The notes under the pieces: model-generated
What the model was told of the DNA's origin: nothing
What the model saw: the letters and a program-made list of their open reading frames with translations, nothing else
The model's database searches: none
Position numbers and translations under genes: made by a program
NCBI RefSeq assembly: GCF_963921235.1
Contig: NC_086106.1
Location: forward strand, 25,978,001-26,042,000
From: Mobula hypostoma
Taxonomy: Eukaryota
Length of the DNA stretch: 64,000 bases
Reading direction: 5' to 3'
Shown here: positions 1-13,249 of the stretch, in pieces
Numbering within the stretch: position 1 is the first letter of the stretch
Layout of the letters: the number at the start of each line of letters is the position of its first letter

Positions 1-386
1 TTGTCAAAATTGTTTTCAGAGATTTACTGGAATGTTGAACGTAGCACAGACTGGCTGTGCCAGATTCCGAGGAGTTGCAGGACAGAGACACTGTCGACAG
101 CCAGATCAGCCATGATCTTACTGAATGGCGGAGCAGGCTCAACGGACCCGATGGCCTACTCTCGCTCCTATTTCTCATCATCTTATGTTCTTCCCTTCCA
201 CGGTCATTAATTCCCACGAATTCTGAGTTACCGAAATTACCCCACTCATTCCTGTAACAAATCCTGGAGAGCGTGATTGGCGCAGGATCCCACTGACCGT
301 ATAAGACACGGGCGCGCTGACTAATGAGGAGGAAACTATCCAGACAGAACAGCCATTAAGATCAACAAACAACATAAGTGTGTCAT
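1..386 (-). pseudogene. TCR V pseudogene, family B (leader 341-386; V exon from 251 running off the window start)
   Basis: 46-nt leader MTHLCCLLILMAVLSG with the donor mutated to GA. Acceptor at 252-253. Exon reads GMSGVISVTQNSWELMTVEG [insertion] STVSLSCNSSESGTASLCYVQHSSKSLKTIL, colinear with the intact V at 48 kb. The conserved Trp is replaced by Cys. Confidence 0.88.
99..193 (+). mobile_element. 5'-truncated CR1-type LINE/SINE 3' tail inserted into the V exon
   Basis: gatcagccatgatcttactgaatggcggagcaggctc...tcttatgttctt matches CR1 3' ends elsewhere (about 33990-34070, 44670-44740). Removing it restores the V frame GTG GAA GGG TCG ACA. Confidence 0.85.
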
Positions 387-399
387 GGTGACCACATTA

Positions 400-535
400 A
401 AGTCAACAACATAATTTTATGAAATTGTGACCCGGGAGAAGGTAATTACGTCACGTTAGGACGAGCAGAGACTCGGGGGAGACAAGTGCCCTTTCTCTCG
501 CACCTGATTGGTAATTTGCTCAAGATAAGCCTTCG
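400..535 (-). promoter_or_regulatory. Family-B V promoter region
   Basis: Homologous to 48300-48460, 31170-31310 and 59600-59740. Contains CRE-like TTACGTCA (446-453), E-box CACCTG (501-506), ATTGG (507-511) and GATAA (524-528). Confidence 0.55.
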
Positions 536-619
536 ACTCGAGAGGGGCGTTGGCTCTGGGTAAGCTTCTCTTAGCGTTTATTTACGTGTAAGCTTCTCTT
601 AGGGTTTATTTACGTGGTG

Positions 620-2920
620 TAGTAAATTGCTGTTGTGTGTTTTTCACGCCAGATGTTGGAGCACTGGGAGATGCAGAGTTTCCCGGGGAACTACATCTGC
701 GTGGTATGCATCTGAGTGAAGCTCCTTGAAGACCATGACACGGATCTAGAGCAGCAGCTGATTGACCTTCGGCTTAAAATTCCGAGAGAGAAAACGATCA
801 ATCGGAGTTACAGGGAAGTAGCTACCACGAAGCTGCAGGAGGCGAGTAGCTGGGTACCTATCAGGAGAAATGGAAATATGAATAGGCAGTTAGAGCAGAG
901 CACCCCTGCGGCCATTCCTTTCAATGATGAGTACATAGTTTTGGGGGGTAACGCTGTAAGTTATCCTGGTTACTCTATTCACTGTTTATTGATCTGATCG
1001 GCATAGCTCACATTCTCAGTAAACTGAGTACGAAACATTGCAAAGAAATAAAATGGCAAAGGAGAGACCTTCCATCTTGCGTCGTCCCCTTAGTTAAAGG
1101 ACAAAGGACTCCCTTTACTCGAAGCATGTTCAATGAAGCGTCATTCGGGGTGAAGTGTCTCTCCTTTGAGCAGATGATTCAGGAGGTTCGATGTTTAGAG
1201 GGCCGAATATGCTGTCTACCGAAAATAAACATACTGTATTGATTTAATGGTTTGGATCTGTGTTCGAAATTACAATGGTATGAGAGCCGAGTTGGCCAAC
1301 GAGTTCGGAGAGGAGAAATTGGAAGTACATGCTGGCAGGGATGACAGCAGGGCAGCAATAGCGTGAGTTTCTGGGGAAAATGAGGAGGGTACGGGTTAGC
1401 TGGATCCAAAAATGAGGAAATACACAAATGGGAAAGTAGTGCAACCGTGGCTGACAAGGGCAGTCAAGGCTAATGCAAAGGCAAAAGAAAGGCCATACAA
1501 CAAAGCAAGAATTACTCGGAAGACAGAGGATTAGGAAGATTTTAAAACCTTACAAAGAGCAAGTAGAAGAATCATTAGGAGGGGAAGGACGAAATATGAA
1601 CACAAGATAGCAAACAATATCAAAGTGGAGAGTAAAAGCTTTTTCAAGCATGTAAAAAGTAAAAGTGAGACGAGCGTGCATATAGGAACACAAGAAAATG
1701 AGGCCGGAGAAATAATGCCAGGGGTCAAGGTGATGGTAGATGGATGAAATGAGTATTTCGCATCAGTCCTCAATGTGGAATTCACTAGCAGTGTGCGAGG
1801 GTGTGAGGGAAGACAATGTGAGTGCAGATACAATTACAATGGTGAAGGTCCTCAAAACGCTGAATGACAGAAGGGTATGTAAGTCATCCGGACCAGATTA
1901 ACTGCACCCTCGGGTTATGAAAGAGGTAGCGGTAGAGATTGCGGAGGCATTAGCAAAGAGTTTTCAAAATCATTGAACTCTATGTCAGTGATATAGATGA
2001 TGGAATAGATGGCTGTTTTGCCAGGTTTGCAGATGATGAAAAGATTGATGGAGGGGCAGGTAGTTCTGTGCAAACAGGTAGGCTATAGACGGACAGAAAG
2101 ATTGGAGGAGATGGGCAAGAGAGTGGAAGATGAAGCACAATCTACGAAAATGCATGGTCATGCACTTTGATAGAAGAAATAAATGTGCAGATATTTTGAA
2201 AACGGGAGCAAATCCAAAAATCTGAGATGCAAAGGGAATTGGACGATCCAAGTGCAGGTAGAGTCCGTGGTGAGGAAGACAAATGCAATGTTGGCATTCA
2301 TTTCAAGAGATCCAGAATACTAGGGCATGGAATTAATGCGAAGGCTTTATAAGACACGTGTGGCCTCACCTTGAGTATTGTGAAGAGTTTTAGGTACCTG
2401 AATTAAGAAAGATGTACTGGCATTGGGGAGGGTTCAGAGGAGGTTCACAAGGATGACTCCGGGAATGAAAGGCTTATCATACGAGGAACGTTTGATAGTC
2501 CTGGGTCTGTGCTCGCTGGAATTTGGAAGGAGGGGGGAATCTCATTGAAACATTTCTAATGTTGAAAGGTCTAGATAAAGTAGATATGGTTGGGATGTTT
2601 CCCGTGTTGGGGGAGTCTAGGACAATAGAGCAGAGCCTCGGGATAGATGGATGCCTATTTGAAAAAGAGATGCGGAGAAATTTCCTCAACCAGAGGGTGG
2701 TTAATTTGTGGAATGTATTACCACAAGTAGCTGTAGAGGCCAGGTCATTGGATGCATTTATGGCAGAGCACTATCGGTTCTCGATTGGCCACGGCATCAA
2801 AGGTTACGGGAAAAAGTCATGGGGAGTGAAACTGAGGAGGGTATGATTGAATGGCGGAGCAGTTTTGATGTGGCTTCCCCTCTGTCTTATTGTTTTATAG
2901 CCTTATGCTATCTTTACAAA
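620..2920 (+). mobile_element. Decayed CR1 LINE (ORF1 N-terminus, ORF2 fragments, 3' tail), interrupted by non-LINE sequence at about 960-1270
   Basis: ORF1-like LLEDHDTDLEQQLIDLRL. ORF2 C-terminus GGNLIETFLMLKGLDKVD...NFLNQRVVNLWN. Confidence 0.8.
975..1215 (-). pseudogene. Family-C V-like relic, 5' half
   Basis: Pyrimidine tract plus AG acceptor at 1216-1217, then (G)AC: DSIFGPLNIEPPESSAQRRDT in V FR1 register, and EGLSF (FR2-like). Homologous to six other blocks. Confidence 0.5.
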
Positions 2921-3479
2921 TGAGCAGGTGCTTACAGACTCTCGTTTTCGCTCTCTGCCATTCCCGCGTGTCTTCTCCTTGCAGTTTGTAACCTTGCCAC
3001 GCAATCTCTCCGTCTCTTCTTTCTCCCCCTTAATCACTCCTTCTCACCGGTTTCCTGACTCATCTCCCCTTACTCTCGTCCGCCCTCTTTACCATTCTCT
3101 TTATTTTTTGTTCTTCCTCTTTTTCTCATTTATTCCTCTCTCTCTCTCTCTCTCTCCCACCACATCTCCACTTCCTGAATTTCTCCATTCCTCTTGCCTT
3201 CCCCTCTCGGTTCTCTCTTTGCTCTGTCTTTCTCTGTCCTTTTATCGCTTTCTCTGTCTCTGTCTCTAAGTAAATCTATTCTATCCTTCACTCATACCAT
3301 CGCATCCTGCCGTCAACCGTACACAACACTTCAACACCCCATGTCTCTCTCACTTAGTCTAACATCTCCGCCTCTCTCTCTCTCCCCTCTCTCATTCTCT
3401 CTCTCTCTGCTTATCCAATATGCCAGCGCAATGATCCCTTGATAATGTTTAAGCAAGTTCGAACTTTTTTAAGTGATTA

Positions 3480-3741
3480 GTAAATACTAATGCACTCCTG
3501 CACGCTACTTCGGAGGATTTGAGTCGATTGAAATCACAGAGAAGATATTTGTGTTTTAAAAGAATTACATGTTAGAGTGGGTGGAGACTTTGGAAAAATA
3601 GATGCCGGTGTTAAAGGCGAGGTAATCTGGAATGATCGGTTTTCACTTTTTCCTGATTATCGTAATTGTGGATTCCTGGTTACTGCGAGCTAGTAATGCA
3701 TCTAGTCGCCATGTCTCGCCTACATGGTTAGAAGAGTAGGA

Positions 3742-3745
<4 letters not shown>
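3480..3745 (-). pseudogene. Family-C V-like relic, 3' part and flank
   Basis: Homologous to 32040-32300 and 60120-60330 (shared aaatcacagagaag and tggaatgatc). Truncated by the Tc1 element. Confidence 0.4.
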
Positions 3746-4766
<1,021 letters not shown>

Positions 4767-4769
4767 CAG

Positions 4770-5350
4770 GAATAGCTATCTGGCCCATCGAACCTGCGGA
4801 TGATCTGGCCTTAGACTCATCTCCACCAACCTGCCATTTTTCCTCAACCCTTCACCGCTGCTATGCAAAAATCTATTCAGACTCTTCTTTTATATATTTC
4901 CTGAGGCAGTCTCCACTGCTTCGTTGGGCAGAAAATTCCACAGATTCACCATCCTCTGGGAAAGGCAGCACCTGTTCATTTCCGTTCCACATCTTTTCTC
5001 AGGAATTTTGAGGCTATGTCCGCCTATTCCTGTCTCACCTACCAGTGGAAACTGCTTCCCTGCTTCTATCTTATCTATCCCTTTCATAATTTATGTATTT
5101 CTGTAAGATTACCTCTCATTCTTCAGAATACCAGCGAGTACAGTCCCAGAAGACTCAAAGTTTTCTCATATTCTATCCCCCTCATCTTTGGAATCAAACT
5201 GGTGAACCTCATCTGCACTGCCTCCAACGCCTGTACACCCTTCATTAAGTAAGAAGACCAGAACTGCACGCTGTACTCCAGGTGTGTCCTTACTAATACC
5301 CTATACAGTTGCAGCATAACCTTCCTGCTCTTAAATTCAATCCCTTGCCA
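4770..5350 (-). mobile_element. CR1 LINE 3' fragment
   Basis: LYRVLVRTHLEYSVQFWS; RCCLSQRMVNLWNFLP. Confidence 0.85.
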
Positions 5351-5719
5351 GTACCTCCAGTTGAACTCTGTGTGTTTTCATCCTGGCCGTCATTCTGCAG
5401 TCTTGTTCTCTTGTTTGTGCTCCTGTCCCCGCCCCTGCTCTACTCTGGCCTCTGTATCACTGAGTACTCCACCGTTACCTGTTTCGCATTATTGCCTGTA
5501 TTATTGCTACCGTGTCTCATTGTGCTCCACCTATCATCTGCATCTCTGTATATTGTTCAGTGTATTTTGGTCCTGTGTTTTACCCGTTTCCTGCCAGATT
5601 GCGCCAGTGAGTTTTCCTATTCTGATTTTTTTTTTATTTCTCTGGATGTTTTCATCTCTGCCTGAACTTTGATGCTGACTTTGTTTGCACCTCCGGATTG
5701 GTTACTCAATAAATAGAAC

Positions 5720-6240
5720 AGTGCGCACAGTACTCGGTCAGCGACTGGGTCCCTGCTTCAACACCTTCACATCAGCAAAAACGGCGAACATTCCATTTGC
5801 CTTCTTGATAGCCAGCGCGGCTGCAAATCAAGCTTTTTTTGTTTCCTACACAAATACTCCCAAGTCCCTCTCCACAGTAGCATGAGGCTTTTTTTTTACA
5901 GATTGAGTAATAATTCGCTCTTCCATTATCCCTTCCAAAGTGGGTGACCTTGTATTTACCAATAGTTACCGATATTTGCCAAGATCCGCTGGACTGTTCC
6001 CACTCACTTATCCTATCTGTATCACTCTGCAGACACACCGTATTTTCCGCACAATTTGTTTTCCACTGCGCTCGTTATAACCTTAAATAACTGCAGGAAG
6101 TTTGTCATTTTCTGCTGAACTGATGCTGCGTCTGCCTGGGTGATCCATTTCCTCTTTAACGATAGCTTCAAGCAATTCCCCAACTACAGATGTTAAACTG
6201 ACTGGTCTATAGACATCTTTTTTTTTCTGAACAGTGACGT
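5720..6240 (-). mobile_element. CR1 RT fragments
   Basis: YRPVSLTSVVGELLEAIVKE; CLQSDTDRISEW...KYKVTHFGR. Confidence 0.75.
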
Positions 6241-6294
6241 GAAATCTGCCATCTTCCAATCCGCCGAGAACAGCCCAGAGTCCAGAGACACTCT

Positions 6295-6430
6295 CTCTCT
6301 CTCCTGACGAAGGGTCTCGGCCTGAAACGTCGACTGTATCTCTTCCAATAGAGGCTGCCTGGCCTTCTCCGTTCCACCGGCATTTTTTGCGTGTTGCTTG
6401 AATTTCCAGCTTCTGCAGATTTCCTCGTGT
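6295..6430 (-). repeat. Penelope-associated terminal repeat; about 11 dispersed copies (e.g. 8500-8600, 14800-14900, 21665-21760, 49780-49960, 57930-58060, 62215-62340, 63600-63650, 63930-64000)
   Basis: Recurrent cacaaaatgctggaggaactcagcagg...gacgtttcgg motif, often adjacent to Penelope coding remnants. Confidence 0.65.
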
Positions 6431-6716
6431 TTGATTTTTAAAAAATACATCTTCAAATGCTTTTTCTTCGCAAACATCTACAAAAACAGAGACGTGCCTT
6501 AAAGAATGAACGAAAACCCCAAAGTCACCCCCCCCCCCATCAGCTCCCCGCTCCCGCGCGCAAGCGGCAGTAAACAACGATCCCAACTCACCCCACCAGC
6601 AAAAATAAACGGACATCGGTACCATCACCGAGCCCAAGCGTGTGCTAAGCAATAGCAAAGACACAGACCAAAGTTACCCGAAAAGCTTCGCATTTCATCC
6701 GAAATTCGACAAGGGT

Positions 6717-7410
6717 TGTAAGGGGGTTTCGACTTTTATGTTACTACGGAGGCTAATTAAAATGGCGTCTTGTTATGTTAATCTGGGGAATGCGGCTTTG
6801 TTGTGTTAAACGCTGAGAAATTTTGCGCTAGCAGCTTGCTTTTCCTCTAGAGTGTGATAAGTAAGTGCTATTAACCAATTGGGATAGTTATTATGGTTTT
6901 GGTGTATTTGAACATACTGTATGCGCAGGGTTTTGGGGCAGAAGGTGGGAGAGCGAGACAGAGGATGGACCAGGTGCTGTGAGTCCGCTAACGGGGTTGG
7001 ACCCCGAGCGGGACGTTCGGCGAGGAGACGGAGACGGACTCGTGTGGAGGGTCTGGTCGACCACCGTTGTTGGTCCCAGGCGGCCGGTCGAGGTGGTCCG
7101 AGGGGGTCGCAGGGTGAAGAAGAAGGTCCTTGAGCTCCAACGGTTTTTGTGCACGAAGAGATTGAACTTTGATAAGTGTGGCGCCTTTTATTTTCCCTTT
7201 ATATTTTATTCTCTTTTAATTATATAGTTCCAGTAATATCTATAAACTGTAAATCATTTAATTGCATCTGGTGTATTGTCTGTTATTTTGGCGTGGTGGG
7301 GTACCTCACACAGCATCCACACAAACGAATTACCCAGTTTGCCGGGGCCAAGTCTGTTTCCCTAGACGACAGCGAGCCGAGCGACCCTGAGGGTGGCCGG
7401 GGGGGCTACA
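6717..7410 (+). mobile_element. Probable solo LTR (Gypsy-type)
   Basis: Begins TGTAAGGGG and ends GGGGGCTACA. No coding capacity. No clear target-site duplication. Confidence 0.45.
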
Positions 7411-8204
7411 ATAGGTTCTCTCTCGCTCTCCCTGGCAAGGGAGAGGGAGGTGTCCCCCATTTTCAAAGCGAGCGGGAGGCATAACAAACCTCTGGTTTCA
7501 AAAGTCCGTTTCGTCGCTTTTTTCAAGCTCTGTGTCCCAAGATCCCAAAGACCTCGGATCTTCGGGCCCACGGCGAAAGATTTTCCGGCCTCCTCGACGA
7601 CCCACGAGTCTCCTGCGGTGCACTGTCCGTCAGTCCGCCCGTCTCCACAGCCCCGAGATCTTAAGCTCTCAAACACGATCGAGATTCTCAAGCCAAACCC
7701 TTAGCATGTCGAATAACAGCCAGTTGTGGAATCCCGAGAACGAGTCCCATTCCCGCAAAGAGCCGAAGCCTGCGTCTAACTCCAGGTCAGGGTCTTCCAA
7801 AGAACCCTGAAAGGGAAAAATAAAGATATTAAAGGTAGAAATAGAGCTGTTTGATAAGTTCAATAATTGCATTTGATTCCACCAAATCACGGCAGTTCCA
7901 CTAAGTGTGTAAAAAAATCTTATCACTAAACTCCCTATATTAAAAGAAATCTATTTCCTCTCTCTTTAAATCTATGACCTTCGGGTCTTAATCTTATAAA
8001 CTTACCTATGTGTTCTGGCTCACGTATGAAATAACAAAAGGAGTTGAAAGCTGAAATGCGAGGAAAGTTGAAGTATTGTTTATTTAACGGAATGCGAGTG
8101 CACAGGGGTACGACAGCCCAGTGCATACAGCAGCATCCGAGCAGGAATTCCGAGAAAGTTTTTCAATTGGTCAGTAAGGGTTTACACCGTTTTGTATTTA
8201 TCAG

Positions 8205-8287
8205 ACCAGGATGGCCGAGTGGTTAAGGCGTTGGACTTAAGATCCAATGAACTAATGTTCACGTGGGTTCGAACCCCACTCCTGGTA
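8205..8287 (+). tRNA. trnL-TAA: tRNA-Leu (UAA), copy 1
   Basis: ACCAGGA...TCCTGGT acceptor stem, TTGGA-CTTAAGA-TCCAA anticodon arm, long variable arm GAAC/GTTC, GGTTCGAACCC T arm. TTTTT terminator at 8312-8316. Confidence 0.97.
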
Positions 8288-9289
8288 ACTCATTACCCGT
8301 TTCGCACTGACTTTTTATGAGCAAGCGTGTATCGATGCATATATTTTTCACAGTTTGGAGGCCAATCATGATAGGAGCCATCCTACTTCCGACGCATTCC
8401 ACCGTCGCCAACCTCGCCAATCTCAGAAGAATGAAAAAGCGGACGCAAGGCCTAAAAATGCCACGATCCTTCAATTCGATTGTAAACCCCACTGCTTTCT
8501 GCAGATGCTCAAAATCCGGAGCAAACCAGACAAAATGCTGGAGGAACTAAGTAGGTCCGGCAACGTCTATGGAAATGAATAAAACAATCGATACTTCGGG
8601 ACAGTTCGTTAATAAGGTCTGTAAAGGAAGGGGGAAAGACGCCTGATTAAAAAAAAACAGGGGTACAAATAGGAGGAAACGTCAGATGATGATAGTGAAA
8701 CCGGGTGGGTGAGAAAGGTGAAGCCCTGGAAATGGAGGAATCTGATAGGAGAGGAGAGTGGACTATTTTAAAAAGGGAAGATGGGCACCAGGGTAATGTG
8801 ATACGCAGGAGAAGAAAAAAAGATAAGAGGCCTGAATGGGGAACAGGACAAGAGGGAAGGTAGAACAGAACAAAAAAATTTCTGGAGAGAAGTACTGGTC
8901 GGTATGAAGCAGCTTCTTTATTTGACAAAATAAGATACAGTAGAACTCATGTTGAGGCCCTTTCAGTCGAGAAGTCTCGCTGGCCCACGTTACCTGATAT
9001 TTTACGTGCTGAACATCAAAATACAACTCCATATTTACACTGCAGTCACAATGTTTTTGGGAACTACATGCAAACTTCACAACTCCCGATTTACACCCAC
9101 ACAACAGATATCCAACTGAATTTTAATCAACATTGTCTGGTCCGTGATTTAAAGGTTTTGGGGAAATCATGATTCACAGCTTCACTTTAAATTAAATTTA
9201 CAATGCATGTTCGAATCTGAAGGCCAGTGGCCGAAGACAGTTAAGATAATTGCTACCTGCGCTTGACCTACAAACCCCTTCAACAAAGT

Positions 9290-10400
9290 TAAGGAGCTGG
9301 AGAAGAAGAAATCTGACGGGAGACGAGCGTGAAACATGCGAGGAAGGGAAGAAGGAGTGTCCCAAGGGGGTGGTGATGGGCAGGTGAGGAGAAGAGATAA
9401 GAGCCAGAGTGAGGAATAGAAGAAGATGGAAGGAGGAGGAAGAAAAACAAATACCCTAAGGCGAAATCAATATCCATGTATTCAAGTTGGACCCTACCTG
9501 GACGGAATATGAAGTGTTGCTCCGCCAACATGAGAGTGGCCTCACCGTGGCAGAAGTAGAGTCCATGGAGTTCAGACCAATATGTCGGAAAGGGAATGGA
9601 GATTGGAATTAAAATGTTTGGCCAGCGAGAAATTCCGTTTTTTTTTCGCAGATGGTGTGAAGGTGTTCGGCAAAGCATCCCTCAGTATCTGCCGGGTCTC
9701 ACCAATATATCGTATCGGGAGCACTGATGCTCTCAATACGCTGATGCCCTAGAAAGAAAAGCGTCATCTAGAAACAGATGCAGAGAAGTCGAAGAACTGA
9801 AAAAAAAAGAATAGTATTTACAGGATACAGAGTAGAGAGGTATAAAAAAAAGTAAACATGGGATACAAAAGCTATCTCCACAGATGGAGAAAGAGATCGA
9901 GAAAAGGGAGAAAGCTGTCAGAAAATATCCAAGTGAATGTTAGGACATGGTGGAAAATTGCTGGCAAAGTTGATGAAATTGACGAGCTCAGCATGGGTGC
10001 ACGAAGGAACACTAATACTGTCGAAAGTGTGTAGTGCAGAAATATCTGGGGAGCCTTATCTTGGAAGCCTTGGAACATCACTGTCCCACGTAGCCAATAA
10101 AAAGGCAGACATTACCGGGACCATGCATTAAAAAATATCGGTAGATATTCTGTCTCTCGAGATGTAGACAGGGAGTTCGAGAAAGAAAGAGAGTTGTCCG
10201 AAATGGACCATGAATTTCAGGGCAGGAAGAAGTTCGAGGTAAAATGTTGAAATTCCCGAGCTCAGCATGTGTGCATGAAGCAGCACCAGTCACAGCCATC
10301 GACGTAGCGCAGAAAGAGCTGAGGAGCATTACTTTGAAGGCTTGAAACATGGATAGTTGCACGTAGCCCCCAAAAGGCAGGCAAAGCCTTTAGGGGTCAC
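9290..10400 (-). mobile_element. Penelope-like retroelement remnant (RT and GIY-YIG C-terminus)
   Basis: RYVDG/GAASCTHAEL; FTWIFSDSFLPFLDL; EQHFIFRPGRVQ...MDIDF. Confidence 0.75.
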
Positions 10401-10943
10401 ACAGTAATTTAAGTGCTCCCGTGCACAAACTCTTTGTTGCCTCCCAACTGAAAGATGAAAGAATTATGGAACCAATTGGAAAGAGCGTGTTTTAACAGAG
10501 TCTCTCTGTTATTTTACTCTCAGCTCTTCTCTTGCGTCTTCTTACACACAATATTTCCCTCATACCCTCTCCTTCTCTTCTTCCTCTCTTTTAGTCACTC
10601 TTTCTGACCTCTTTCCTGACCCTTCCCTTTCTCCTTTCCCTTATCTTTCTCTTCCTCTTTTTTGTTCTTCCTCTCTTATAGCTATTTTCCTATCTCGATT
10701 TCTCTCTCTCTCTTTCTCGCATTCTCTCTCTACTTCTCTACCTGCTTCCCTCTCGCTTTACCCTTTCGGTCTTCGCTTTGCTCTGTCTCCTTTTGTCTTT
10801 TCACAATTTTCTCTGTTCGCCCTGTCGTTTCCTCTCTGTTATTCATTATCTTTATTTTTCTCATTCCCCTGTCGTCCAGCCATCCACAAATCTTCAACAC
10901 CCCTATCACTCTGTCTCCTTTCTCTCTCCCCCCCCTTCTCTCC

Positions 10944-10957
<14 letters not shown>

Positions 10958-11012
<55 letters not shown>
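10958..11012. repeat. (CA)n microsatellite
   Basis: Direct reading of the sequence. Confidence 0.95.
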
Positions 11013-11015
<3 letters not shown>

Positions 11016-11149
11016 CACGCGCAACATGCTCACATTCTTTCTCTCTGCAACATACAAACACAGAATTTCTATTATAATGATTGTACAGTGTTGAACTTCC
11101 AGAAAAGGTTGGTGACTGGTTTTACTCTTCTGCGATGTGTCTGGAGACA

Positions 11150-11480
11150 TGAGATGATTAAAATCACAGGGATTGAGGAGGTTATAAGCAGACAACGGAA
11201 ATGTGGAAGCGATTGTTAAGGAATGGAGGAGGACGTTGGAATCAATGGTTCATTGTTGAAGCATCTGATCGACATGTCTTGCATGCTCACTAAACAGAGT
11301 AGAGAACACTGCAATGATGGTAAAGGACAAAGGGCAGACCTCTGCTGTTGTGTGTTTCCCTCATTTAAAAGGGAAAGTGGCATACTCTCGACGAAGGAGC
11401 TTCACGAGGGGTGAGGTGGCTGTCATGTCAGCAGATGTTTCAGTAGGTTCGTTGCTTATAGGACTGAAGAGGTTGTCAAC
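11150..11480 (-). pseudogene. Family-C V-like relic
   Basis: SPISNEPTETSADMTATS (FR1 register) and RGLPFVLY (FR2-like). Acceptor decayed (ggttg). Confidence 0.45.
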
Positions 11481-12309
11481 CAAAAAAACTTATAGATTCA
11501 ACGTTGTGAATCTCTGTGGGAAATAAGAGAGATGAACATTGTTAGATATACAGGATATTGAGGGGGTTTATGCTCGTAACTGCCAGGGGGAGATTTTCCC
11601 CAGTGAAAGGTGTTGGGGCAAAGGGACGTCGACGGGGTTGAGAGACATTATTCTCTGAAATCGGGCTGAAGATGTTGGAATCTGATAGGAAAGTGAGACA
11701 GTGTGCAAGCAGATAGAGGAGGGATGGGGGGCCGATGTGAACAGTTCCTGCGAAAGGGGTCGAGATAGATGACCAACTGAGTACAGTGCGTGCAGCCCTG
11801 GATCAAGAGGGGGAAAGAAACAGGGTGAAAACTTGGGCGGTATTTTCAAAGAAGGGATTGTCCAAGGGAAATGGATGGATCAGCTGGAGAGAGAACAGAA
11901 AGGCAGAGATATTTGAAAGCGGAGAATGGAAAGTTCATGCCGTCGCTTCGCAGATTCCCCGAGGAACAAGGGGTGCAGTCTCTTCACGTTGCAGTTGGCA
12001 TCGCCCTGCGAATGAAGAATCCGCCGAGGTCAATCTCTCGCCATTAAAACGTTTTCTTCGTATCTGCAATGCTCCACTTTCCTCCGTTCCGTGTCCGAAG
12101 TTGCAAATAAGGGACAGCAATGAAGAATGTCTTTGTTGTGGGTGGTACGGGGCATTGAATATCTCGACCCTTGGTGTTGTAGCCTAGAGTACCCTCTGTG
12201 TTGCTGCCTGCGTTTACTGGACGGGCCTGTAATGTATGATGACGGCGGACTGAAGGCTCCCTCTGGTACGAGAGCATGCTGAAATCAGATTAAGTTCTTA
12301 TCTAGATCT

Positions 12310-12570
12310 GCCGTTGCGCTCGAAGAACGTTACACGGTGCAAACCGGCATGGAACCCGGAAATACTTAAATGGCAACAGTTGGCCATTCTTGTCCTGAGA
12401 ACCCGACATCCTGAACGGTCTTTCATCAGGCCGAATAGCATCTCCAGTGATGAATATTGTCAACAAATTTCCAGCAATTTTCCACGATTTCAGGCGTGTC
12501 ACAAATAGTCTCAGCCAGTTTCTGTGTAGCTGCAGATTCCTTGAACTTTAATTCCTTCGGATCCTAGCAC
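12310..12570 (-). pseudogene. TCR V pseudogene, family B (5' end replaced by CR1, RSS lost)
   Basis: CSYTETG*DYL*HA*NRGK then LLTIFITGDAIRPDERPFRMSGSQDKNGQ, against intact CSYSETGRTYFWYAQHSGK...LLTIFSTGDADRPEGISDRVSGSLNKTGQ. The downstream flank is also homologous. Confidence 0.88.
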
Positions 12571-13060
12571 AACGAATTCGCTCGTGTCGAACCTGTAACA
12601 AATAAGTTTGAGAGCGGGCCTGAATGCTTGACCAAGTACTGCAATTGGGGTCTAACCAAGATCTTATATAACTGTAACCTGACATCGCGGCTCTTGAACT
12701 CAATCCCGCGATTAATGAACGCCAACACACCATACACCTTCTTAACAACACTGTGAAACTGTGCAGCAGCTTTGAATGCCCTATGGACAGAGACTACAAG
12801 ATCGATCTAATCTTCCACACTGCCATGAGTCATCATTGATATTATATTTTGCTTTCAGATTTGCCCTTCAAAAATGAACCACTTCACATTTATCTGTCTT
12901 AAACTCCAACCGTCACTTCTCAGTCCAGTCCAGTTCGGCATTCCACCGGTGTCCTGCTGCAACTCTGACACCCCTCCAAAGTGTCCACAGCACCCCCAGG
13001 CTTTGTGTCATCAGCGAATATACTAATCCACCGTTCTAGTTCTTCATCCGGGTTAATTAG
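12570..13060 (-). mobile_element. CR1 fragments
   Basis: RCMVCWRSLIAGLSSRAAMSGYSYIRSW-type decayed RT C-terminus. Confidence 0.65.
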
Positions 13061-13249
13061 TCCTGCGAGCGCGTCCGTGTGAGGGGTGCCAGGAAAGATC
13101 GTTGCATAGTGCTCTTGTGGAATGTGAGAGACAGAGAGACTTACAGCGTCCCTGATGACTTCACCTGCAAGTAGTCCATCCAGCTGCAGCTTCTAACACT
13201 CGTTGAGGAGTTGGAACTGGAACTGGATGAACTCTGTAAAATTGGGAAG

